Positions 39,801-51,555 of a DNA stretch of 64,000 nt are shown in pieces. The position numbers and the translations under genes were made by a program. How positions within the stretch are numbered: the first letter of the stretch is position 1; each line of letters opens with the position of its first letter. This stretch comes from Lytechinus pictus (taxonomy: Eukaryota): NCBI RefSeq assembly GCF_037042905.1, contig NC_087255.1:19468001-19532000 (forward strand). The letters are read 5' to 3'. The notes below the pieces were generated by a model. It saw only the letters and a list, made by a program, of their open reading frames with translations, was not told the DNA's origin and made no database searches.

Positions 39801-42614
39801 CAAAAATGGTAAATAACCCCTTTCTCCTCCTTCCTTCACTTTTTCTTTCGGGAAAATATTCCTCCTCGGTGTATACAGAAAGGTAAACATATACGGTATC
39901 ATCCTGCCTTGTCCTTTTAAAGACCATGGAAGCCTCCTATGTCATGTTCGTTTACACCCAAGTTGTTGTGTAAAAGTTTGTAACCGACCTGTCAACCAAT
40001 TTCCATTCACAAACCATGGAAACAAGAAACGGTTTAGCTTAATTCTGATGTCTCTTTGGGCCATTCGGCTACATAGTGAAATATATCCGCCAATGGATCT
40101 CTTACCCATCGGCCCATACAAAAGGCACCTTACACGTGTCGCTCCAAGATCAAATGTCCACATAAGTTCATCGAATCAGATGTAGTTGTCATGACATTGC
40201 TCATAATTGGGTTGTGCTGGTCAAAAAACAGTCTACCTAACACGCTAGTCTATTAACATCACAATGTAACAACAATTACCTCTGGATTATGGAACTTTAT
40301 TTATCGGCAACGCCATTCCTTTCTTTACACTGTCTCTTCCACTTCACGGTGTTCCATGATGGTGGGTTTACAGACCTAATCCCATTTCCAAGAAGTGCTA
40401 AGTCAAAGAGTGTCTTCTCCGAGATGCCGAGGTGCTTCCTTTGGTCGTCACCACTTGATCAAGCATGGGATCGTATTACGGGAAGGTGTTTCCACAACCA
40501 CATCGTCTTCCATCACCACCGAGGCAGACGACATCCCCAGAATACCGTTCTGTGTGTTCATCATCCCTGATCATGATGATACCCCCATGAGGTCCTCCTG
40601 GTCATCACAGGTCAACGGCATCCGGTCGTTTCCTCCTTCCATTACTCTCTTTCTAAAGACTTGTTTGTTTGGGTCGCCCTGAACTTTTCCCACTTTCATT
40701 GCCCGGACTGGCGCCAAGTTTCGTCTTTCCCTTCAATAATTGAAATAGCTCTCAACTCATATTCACAGCTCGTTAACATCGCCACGAGAGAGGGGGTTGA
40801 TTGGTATCGCCAGGGCGAGGCATGTTGAATGTTGAATGTCTTGAACGAGTTACGAATGACAGACGAGCGCATTCAAGCAGAGGGCATTTTATACGCCACA
40901 GCTAGTTATGAGTTGGGGTATGACGCAAGGCAAAGTGAAAAATAAGGTACCTGTCAGGCGTAAGAGAAAAAAGAAAAAGAGTATCACGTTGGATTAGCAT
41001 GGTTAGACTGAAGAATAAGGGTAAAAACGGTCAAATACAACTGTACATTACGTAATGCGCGAGGCAATAAATTCTAGATACTGTATCTTAATATTTTACA
41101 TGAAATTAAACCGGTAACAACAGACGAACCGAAAACTTATATCAATTGAAGTTTTCAGCATATACTTATTTCTTCAGTACTTAGCATACACTTTTGGAAC
41201 ATATGTGAAGAAAATAAAGAATACGTGCAACAGTTGCAGGTTCTCGATGACAAACGCTAACTCTTAAAGCAGACACTATAATATATCATGAGAGTCATTT
41301 GGTAATTTTATTTGTTCTCAATTTAATAAAAATATTTTCGGCAACAAACTTAAGTATCATGAGCTAAACGATGACAATCGTTGCTCTATGCCCTTTTCGA
41401 AAATGGTAATCTTAATTTTTTTTTAAATCCCTATTATTCCTTAATATCATCACAACTACGAAAACATCAACACACTTTGTAGGGGGTAATCAATGTCATG
41501 ACTGTACGAGTTTACTTTTGTTTCTCTTGTCAGAATTGGGAATGAAAGAAAGTACGATGCCATCGTAATGATTTCAAACTTCCATTAGTTGTCGACGCTG
41601 ATTATAACTGATGTATTAACCCAACATGGAACATTTACAGTAGAACGGAGTGGCATTTCTTGGTATTCCCAATGGATGTGATCCCTTGGTATAGCAAAAA
41701 ATTACTTAAAATGACCGGAACATGCTGGCGTTCCAGCTTCTCCATGTTTGACTATAGCTTATGTGACTTGATAAGAAAGTGTAAAATGAATGAATGATCG
41801 TGGTCAAACGTTAAAGATTGTCTTTACATTTTAAAAAGGAGACCGAGACACTAAAGTATCATTGCTCTCGCCTTATTATACACTATCTCTATCTCCCTCT
41901 AAGGGATGTGCATTATTTACCAGATCTATCATTGCAGGCGAAGGAATTCTAATTGCTGTTGGACGATGTGTGAGAAATTAACTCGCTCAAAGGACACAAT
42001 TATTATATGGCGTTAACTGTGGTTAAAATAGACATTTGTGGTATCGTTGTGAATGAATGCGATAGTTCGAATACAATAGTTAAGAAATATTGCTCACTCT
42101 GTATTGGGTGATCACGTGACGTCCTATTACTTCGACATCATGGAATATACACAATTCTATATTTTATGCGAATTATATATATCACCATGTTTACCTGTTT
42201 AAAGAAGTCGATATAGAGAGACACTCTTGATATTTATAAAGAAGAAACATGTCCATGACTGCTTTGTTCTTTCTAAGATCATTAAAATAAATGGTAACAA
42301 GATTTAACCCATTTACAATTTGAAATCACTGACCCTTAATATGCAATTCATTGTAGTAATGTTTTCCCCAGTGGAATGTGGGTTAGACCATACATAGGCT
42401 ATACAGCCCAATCGTCTGCAGAGAAAACAAATAACCCGCAAACCCCTCCTTTGTAGAACATTATTGTCATGAAATCTTGTAAAAATTAATTCTGTTTAAA
42501 ATGGTCGATTAAAACTGACGGGGCTGCATGATTTCGCGCAATTGGTGGCGCCGTCCATAACTAAATGACATGTAGGATTTCAATACAAAGTATTTATGAT
42601 TTGTACCTACTTAA

Positions 42615-43210
42615 AGGGGAATCCAGCCTTGGCCATAAAATGTTGTGTTGGGAAGGAGAAAAATAAATTAAACAGAATGGTGAAAATTTGAAAGAAATCG
42701 GACAAGCAATAAGAAAGTTATAGCTGCTTTAAAATTGGGATCACTAATAGTATGTAGATTTCAAATTGGCAACTGGGTAAGTAAATTATGACAAGGGGCA
42801 AGGACAACTTTCCCATAAACCATGTAATTTATTATCAGGGATTTGTGGTTTTCTCCGAAGTACCTATTTCCCTGGGGCAGTATATCTAAATACAACCCAG
42901 GTAGTATATTGTTTAATGTCCTCATGAAAGAAAAATGTAATTTGAAATAGAACTTTTCGGAAAAATGACATTTTAGCCATAATATGTAGTGGAGTACATG
43001 GAAGAGTAGTCCTTGCCTTACATCACTATGACATCCCATATGTGGCCAATTTGAAGTCTCCATGAGTATAGTGATTACCAATATTTACAACTTTTAAAAA
43101 TTCATAACTTTCTTGTTGTTTGTTCAATATTGTTCAAACTTTCACAAATCAACTTGTCTGATTTATCTTTTTCTTATAAAAACTAGTTTTTATTTGGGTT
43201 GGATTCCCCT
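42615..43210. mobile_element. Kolobok-like MITE
   Basis: TTAA at 42611-42614 and 43211-43214. TIRs AGGGGAATCCAGCC and GGTTGGATTCCCCT, with diverged inverted arms. Confidence 0.9.
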
Positions 43211-45989
43211 TTAACTGTTAAGAGCATTTTATAACATAGTTTACAGCGCATGGCATTATTAGTATACCCGCAGGTTTTCATTATTTTATTTCTAGAAAAA
43301 AATATTTTACTTCTTTTGCATGATTTATTATCCATTATAAAACCAATTTAGGGTAAACAAATTATTATCTCTTTAAACTACATTTTAAATGTCGTCTTTA
43401 CTATCATAAATATTGATATCATTGGCAGACGGCTTTTCTCCTATTTTCATGCGTGCGACAAATGGAAGCAATATCTTGCGATCCCTCCCCCGAAATATAC
43501 TTACATTAGGCGAAGGAGTGAGGAAGAATATATTTTTCATTTCAATTCATTCTTCTCACTAAACTGTAAGATGTGATGGATAAAAAGTTCTCCATTAAAA
43601 GAAGCCATGGCATCTATGATTTTGAAGAAAATCTCACCGGGAGATTTACTAACGAAGATATGAAAAACACTGACAATACGTAAAGAATATCCCGTACTCT
43701 CGGCAGTCTCATTAACTTGTACACTTTGATCAATACGTTTTATTTTTCTGTGAAATCAATTAATTAATGATTAGAAATATGCAGTCATATACAAATGACC
43801 TCGGATTTACAAATTTGTAAATGGATGAAATACAAATAGAAACTATCGAGTCTTCTAATATTCCCCATGATTATTATGATTTATTGACATTTCGTGCCTA
43901 GAAATACACGAGATAGCCAAAACACTGAATATTTCGTGAAACATAATCCACGTTTTTGTATTTAAAGTTTTGTCCTGTAAAACCATTACATATTCTAAGC
44001 CTTGAATTCAAAGTCAGTCATTAATGGTGTTAACACACATGTAGAATTCAAAATTTGTTTTTCTCTAGCACTATGGGATATGATCTTAATATATATGTGA
44101 TATATTTTCCCGTGATAAATGTATATCATAGTACGTTATATTGTTGCATATAAGGTAAAGCAAATTGAGTTATTACCGAAAACCCCAGCGGCCAGCGTGA
44201 GCTACATTATAAAACGTTAGCAACAAGCGCACATGTCAACCACGCACGTACACACAAAAGATCGGTAAGCAGAAGTTTGTTTTAATAATTTGCGGAGAGC
44301 TTCTGGCCATATATTAAATGGCTTCTCGGTAAAATTTCATGGGCGATTAATCAACATCTATCACTGGTTGAATAGAGCACAAAAGCCCGCGTTAGTAGGC
44401 CTTCATTGTGCATCATTTATAATACTTTTGGGGTTTTATACATTTGTATTTATGATCATGGTGACTGGGCATCGCCGATTCCTGTGACAAAAACAATATA
44501 ACAGCATTCTCTAAATATTTTATCATCACCCTGTACAAAATAATCTGTGTCTCATAAAACAAAACGTCCTTAGGTTAATGTGTTTATGATCAAAGTTCTG
44601 TAAATCTTGTAATTATTATATTGTTGTTTATGTTTTTAAACGTTCTTTATGAAATTGTTCATCTTATGTTGAATGCGACTGTTTGATATAGTGCTGTACG
44701 TGTACTGTGTATTATTATGCCAAACATAATTGTGTTCAAACTTGTGTTCCTTTGACAAGGGATAACATTTTACTGTTCAAATCATTCAAATGTTCTATGG
44801 GAAACCAAATGGCTACCAATTTTTCCTAAAATAACGATAAAGTTTCGATTGCTTCATAAACAAGACTAATGCTGCAGTACAAAAGCCTAGTGAGAGACTA
44901 TCCACTGTATAAAGAACTGCTTTGAAGCCCCTCCCCCTACCCGCCCACCCCGCCCCTTCTAGATATTTTGGGTAGACGGGACCAACTGACAATGCGATAA
45001 AACCTCATATTAGATGTATCAAATTTGATTTGCTAGTAACTAAATGCATCTTGTCTTTCGTGACATATTATGATCATATCCCAATCATGGCAAATGAAAC
45101 GTAGACAGATATACATGCGCCATACAATAATCCTCTATATCGAACTTTGGTGATACGTTAATTTCAGCCATATTGGGCAAATGAGAGAAGAATTGGACTG
45201 TGATTTATCACCGCTGGGAGGGATCAAACTTGTTTTTTAAGTTTCTATATTTGCGGGCGAACTATACCAATAATCTTCAGATGAAAAATTGCTCCTTATT
45301 GCGAGTAGAACCTCCCAGGCTCGTGTGTGTGTGTGCGCCACGTCGCGTGGTGGTAACACGAGAATATAAAGGCGGAATGGCGAGGGGATTGACTACGGAA
45401 GAATTACCTTTTAATGATTCCGGTGGGGGTTGCAAGGAGCTCTTGTAGATCTATTACCCCCTGTGTCCTGCTCTATTATTAATCGCGCAATTTGACTGAT
45501 GACGCAAAAACAATGATGAACTATTCATGGTCGACGTGGTCCCGGAGTTGCTGGAGTATGAAATAATCATGGGTAACATTAACCCCTTGGCGGTATACTA
45601 AGTGGAAGCTTCTGCTCTGGATCCCCAAAGTGTCCGTAATCTAAGTCAGTGACCTTCGCCGTGGACACTATTGGACTTGGAAAATGGCAAACCCAACAAG
45701 AACTGTTAATAGACGACGCGCTTTTAATGGCTGAGAATAGAAATAAAGCAACAATTTGACCCCGTATACCACTTGACTATGTTACATATTAGTATACACT
45801 GATTTGTAAATTTTGTAGGTCAACGGTTAACCTACACTGACCTCAACACCACGATAAGTTGTAAAAATTGATTGTCCTTCTTTGTGTCACATGCTTTTTT
45901 TTTATACGGGTGCAGTATAAACCCCGAAGAAGTAGTCACTACATCGAGTAAAAATGAAACAATAAGAAGAATATAAAACCTTAAAACCG

Positions 45990-46200
45990 ACAAACTGTTG
46001 AGCTTTTCAATGCATTTTTCATGTTCGAAGGAAAGTATATGATGCAAAATTCAAGGAGCAAATTATTCCACATTTTTGGAACTGATACGTTCAATGTTCT
46101 ATCATCAGCTGTTACGCGAATATGTCTAATAGGTGTTTGCATGAGAACTTTTTTATTAGGCACTCAGTTTTTATATCTCTTTTTTGAATGGCAGGAATGG
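45990..46200 (-). mobile_element. Degraded CR1/L2-clade LINE ORF2 C-terminal fragment
   Basis: Minus-strand translation ...DDRTLNVSVPKMWNNL... resembles the R(A/T)FSVxxPxLWNxLP motif at the end of L2/CR1 ORF2. Confidence 0.55.
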
Positions 46201-46518
46201 AATAATGAGTGTTTCAAGTAAAATCTCTTAGTGTCATATATTGAAGAATAATCAGTCAATGACAATTTGCAAACCACAGAGAAAGGCGTGAAGTGAAAGG
46301 TATTTTATGCCTGAATAGAGGGGTGCATGTAGTGATGACGTTAAAAGAGGTTTCCATGGAGTGTGGTTACTGTGTTAAAACAGTTTTTAACCATGCACAC
46401 TATATTCTCCCGGGAAATCCATAGAGCTACCTGTCAATCATTCAATACCTGGACATGACACTGAGCAGAGTAAAGTAGTCACCGTTGACGTTATTGATTT
46501 TTGATGGTTGTATTTCAG

Positions 46519-46554
46519 AGCCAGCATCGTCATGTCAAATTGGTGTAGTTAATG
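46519..46554 (+). CDS. Candidate 36-nt symmetric micro-exon (phase 1-1: xPASSCQIGVVN)
   Basis: Acceptor TTGTATTTCAG| and donor ATG|GTAAGG. Length is divisible by 3 and only phase 1 is open. TGCATG at 46628-46633 downstream. Phase does not join exon 1 directly. Confidence 0.25.
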
Positions 46555-49500
46555 GTAAGGTACTGAGTAAGTTGAATGTATGATTATGTACGATTGGATG
46601 TATATATTTACCATCACTCTGAAGGGATGCATGCAAATAATATTTATATTGCAGCTTCATCAGGGCTGAACAACATGAAAAAAAATCGATCCTGAGAAAA
46701 GAAGTGCATTGGAGAAATTGAAGAGGCGTCACATGTTTTAACGTAAATGACGCCATTTAAGGAACTACTTTCAAAGAAATGGAGGATTACATTGAATGCT
46801 GGGAAACAGTGAGGCCTATCCCATAATGCCCATTTACAAAACAAATGACGAAAACACGAAAGCTGGCCTAACTGGAATTATTACTGTCACTGAGTGTCCT
46901 CATCGTTTCACCCAGTGTTGGATTAAACATTGATAATTACTGAGTTGTCCGTTAAACTCTAATCAAGCGCCACGCATTGGTCTTTACCAGTATCGCTTAA
47001 TCGTTTCACCACCTTCCTTTATTCCTATGGACATTTAATGTCCGAATGTATTATCCAGCCCAACTCGCGAGTGTGGCCTAATTGAGGCGGACGAGCGCCG
47101 AATGGACAAACCGGCTGCCCTCGCCCGCTTGTCGAGGCCAGGTATTGGTCGATACTGAAAATGAATAGACACCTGTAACTAAAGGGGGTTGTTTTTCATC
47201 GCCTTGTTTGTATTGCCCTATGATAGTGTAGTCATTCATACCTGCTGAGTGATTGCCTGGTTTGAAAGGGTAACACGAACCACACGTCATGTTTTTTTTT
47301 CTTTACTGAGAATGTCACCGGTCTCTGAAATGGATTTCACATTATCTGTAGAGCGAGCACTTCTTTGTATTGTAATGTCAGTGACATTTGAAGAACCGCC
47401 TAACTGGCAGAGGGATTTGCGAATTAAAAGTAAACTTTCAAAACACGAAACAAGATGTCGAGCCTCATTGCAGAACACAAGGAGAGAACTAGGTTAAATA
47501 TGAAAAAAAATAAGCACTTGTCATCGTCAATCAAGCAATCGACCTTCATCTATGAATTAAGGAGATAACATGCCCAAAATAGGACTTATTTTCCACATTT
47601 TCCACACATGAATTGATAACACACTCCCTTTTATTAAAACCATTGGTTTTTAATACTATTGGTATCAAACGGAGGAGTGATCTCCCCTTTTATTGATGAT
47701 TATAACCCATTATCTGACAGGTCCTTGGTCATTATTATTATTATTATTTTATATGGCATTTCAAAAAACATAGAAAATACAAAGAGATCAGAGACAAGAT
47801 CAATACAAATTTTACAAGAACGAGAAAATAAGACCTGGATGAGAGTTGGAGAGGCTGCCTGGGAATGGAAAAGGCTAACTTAATAGCCATAACCCACAGG
47901 TCTTCCTCCTCAAACCTCACAACTCCATCCAGGTCATATTTGTGAATGGAAGACAATGACTTGACAAGTAGGAAACAATGTAAAAAAACAGAGACAAACA
48001 CGGTCTGTAGGAGTAGAAGTAGTATCAACAGAGTAGTAATATTGGTAGTATGTTTAAAGTACTAATTGTGTTAATAATACAAAGAACAAGTAGTAAGTGT
48101 TGAACTAATAAAATGTTGACACAATGTCACTCCATTTACACAATTCATCCTACGCACCAATGGAAATGATAAACACACATTTCATTCACATGAGTGCACG
48201 CTATCATGAATTATGCATCTTCTTTTTAAAAGACTAACAATCAACTACATGGAAATATTTTTTCACACATTAACCGTCCCAACATGAATGGAAATTACAA
48301 ATAACTCGGTGTAATTGCATCCAGGCAGCCAGAACATGGCGCCACGACCGGCTTGCCCAAAGTGAGAGTTTATGAGGGTTAATAAACTGCCGTCACCACC
48401 AGCAGTACACATTAACACTTTGTAGAGGAATGTTTCAATGGTGGGGCAGGTGCGTTCTGATACCATAAACATGGTAAAGAGAAGAAGTGTGAAGTAAGGG
48501 TCAATGTTTTTTCTTTCAGTTTCCTTCGCTTCTTTTTTACTTTTAAACTGCTTTTCAATGTTAGGTCGGAGCCCGTTAGACGGGAGTGGGTTGTTGATGA
48601 GCTAGTGTATACAAAACCTCCTAGATATAAACACCATCAGCATTCATAACACTTCTCGCAATTTGGCAAGCGGGCGCTTCACGAACCATTAAGTCTTCGA
48701 CCTTTTGCTCGGGTTTAGTGCTAAGTTGAATGATGTAATTGATCGATTATTTGAAATTGCGTAGGTTATGCAAATGATTAGGACATTGGACCAATTAATC
48801 CGATCAAAATTTAGCTAAATAATGTACGTAGAACACTTTAAGAATTAAAACAATATGCTTGAAGGGTTTCCTCATCTGGAGCGAACATTTCAGTGCAAAT
48901 CATTAGCTATTCAATTTTTTGGATTGAACAGTAAAATGCTTGTCGTAACATATGCTACAACCGAAACTTTCAAAAAGCTCTGAAAAGCCAATAACATTCA
49001 AGTTTGAAATGAGTATGAAATCGAGTTGAAGGATGACGTACAGATTGACAGATGGATACCATCCAAAGTATGTTGTATATTTGCATTTCCTTCACCGCCA
49101 ATCCAGAAAACGAATTCTCGTTTGGACAATATATTACAGCGTTTAGGGGGTGACGACATACTGAAAACATATAACATCCAAAGTCATATACAAAGATAAA
49201 GGGCCTGAGTCAAGAATCTGAAAGGATCTTCATAAATCGTCATTCCATGGGCCGATGGGTGCATGATGAACATGAGCATGATAAATCATCTTGGGGTGGA
49301 ATCTTAGGTAGGAATTCAAGAGGACTTAGTATTCCCTTAACAACCATGCCCTTGGGAGGGAGATGCGTCTCTCCCTGCAGAGCGCACGTATCTAAACTCG
49401 CGAGAATAAAGATAAAGCGGTAGGAAATCATTCCCCCGGCGCTCCGTTCAGTAATATTTACAGGGGGCTGGTAATATATCATAGGCATCAGTCTAAAAGA

Positions 49501-51327
49501 AGCGCCTAGCAAGACAAACAAGCGAGCAAATAAAACATATGCTCAACAATTTCCATCCATGAATATTTCATGGCGAAATAATTGCACGCGTACACATCGG
49601 GCCAAATTCCCGGCATCTATATTAATGAAGGAAGCTAGATGACATAGTCATAAATAACCCCTGCTAAGTTTTGACGGCGTTTTGCGCGCTCTAGATGTGA
49701 TTGATGGCCCGGTTCGGAGGTGGACGAGGAACCATTTTTGGCGCGATTGGAAGATCACATGACGACAGCGATGACCAAAACGCGCGCAGGCCAATGTGTA
49801 TCTCTCGCCCTCCTACCCATCTAAATTATAGTTGTCTGATGATTAATGATGAAAGTCACCTTCGAGGGCTATTTTAAAGGATTGCATCCTCTCTTAAATG
49901 AGCTGGTAAATATAGACTAAAGCTGTACCTGCCATTATGACACTTGCCCTCCCGTTCACCATTGCATGTAATACCCTCTCGCTAGTGCTTCCTTGGCGAC
50001 GAAGGTCATGATCTACTACCGGGCAATTCCATAAAATGATCAACCTTTTTTGTACGTCCGATCCCCACTTTTCTCAAGTTTTACTTCACTTTATTAATTT
50101 ACCAAGTCATAGTCCTTTGGGAATATCATATGAACCAGAAATCAGAAACAGAACATTTCATGAAGGTCCCCCACATTTAGGGGGTTGGGCGTACATATTT
50201 TATGGAATTACCCTACCTATAAAACAAAAATTATGCACCACCTACATCGTATCAGCTTTTGTGAACTGATATTAAACGACCAAATCTATATTATTAGCCT
50301 GGTTAAATGAAGTTCAGATGATTTGGTTACATGTATTCAATCCCAATACCATACGGTCATACCAGGAACTCCCTCTTCCCTGGTCATACAGTCAAAATAT
50401 TGACATAGTGCGTACTCATCGAATTCTGGTCTATGCCCTTTCATAGCGTATCGCTTGTGAGACATGAGAACGGAGGGGAAGAACTGTGATGTAAACAATT
50501 TCAATCTGCCTTAATCTTTTATATCATACTAGTTCATAATTCTGTCCCCTTCTTTCATTCTCCCTATTGTGTTGTGAAAGAGACGTGTATAGAAAGAGGA
50601 AGTTCATAGCCTCAAAAGACGCACCAAGTCTATATAAGCAATTCAAAGGGAATTAAAATTCAATTTGATTTCAGGAAAATCTATGACTTCAACAATCAAA
50701 CGTTTTAACCATTAAATTTAATAATATATAGCATTTATGAGGCGTCTATTATCAAGTTGCCTATTCAATGGCCCACTGTATATCACTTGTGATGAAATAA
50801 AAGTGAAGAGAGAGGGGGGGGGGGGTAGAGAGGGGAAGGGGTAGAGGGATGGGGGTGAGTGTGAAAAAGGTAGACATATATAATGAGGGAGAGAGATAGA
50901 GAAAGATTGCTTGATTAAGATGATCGAAAATACGAGTTATCGCCATCATTCCTTCTACACAAATTCAATACGTTCACATCTTCAGTAGCAAGCAAGCAGG
51001 CAGGCTGTGCCGGGTAATTTACAGACGGGGTGCCTATACAGTATACACACCAGCCGATGATTAATTAGCAGCGAAAGGTGGACCTACTATATGAACCAAG
51101 TATTAAAAGCGCCGACAAGCTAGCGGTGTAGATACAGGAGGATAAGAAGGGGGTGGGGGTGGGTCTATCGGGAATGTCCTTACACTTTATAAAAAGGGTT
51201 AAAAAAAAGAAGAAACTAAAAATGTGGTAAATCCATGATGTTGACTAATGTTAACTAACAGATCTGAATCAAATACATATCATTATCTCCCTAACAAAAC
51301 CCATCCAAATCCAGGAGATAGCCAGCA

Positions 51328-51366
<39 letters not shown>

Positions 51367-51400
51367 TGTTTCACTGTTGAAGAGTGTATAATGATCCAAG

Positions 51401-51555
51401 TGTTCCGTGACACATGCTCCGCTCTAAATTCCACACACTAAACGAATGATCAATTTCAACCCTTGTTTACACTATGTCCAACCATAACCCTAACCCTACA
51501 TCTTAGACGAAATTAAGACCGGGGCAACTGTGGCAGGAGCAAATGTCGTGGCACC
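51401..51555. mobile_element. Short MITE with internal TAACCC repeats and 8-bp TSD
   Basis: Left end TGTTCCGTGACACATGCTCC vs right-end reverse complement GGTGCCACGACATTTGCTCC. TSD GATCCAAG (51393-51400) and GATCCATG (51556-51563). Internal TAACCCTAACCCT. Confidence 0.7.

Noticed and set aside
51485-51498. Interstitial telomere repeat TAACCC
   Set aside because: Only two units, internal to a MITE.
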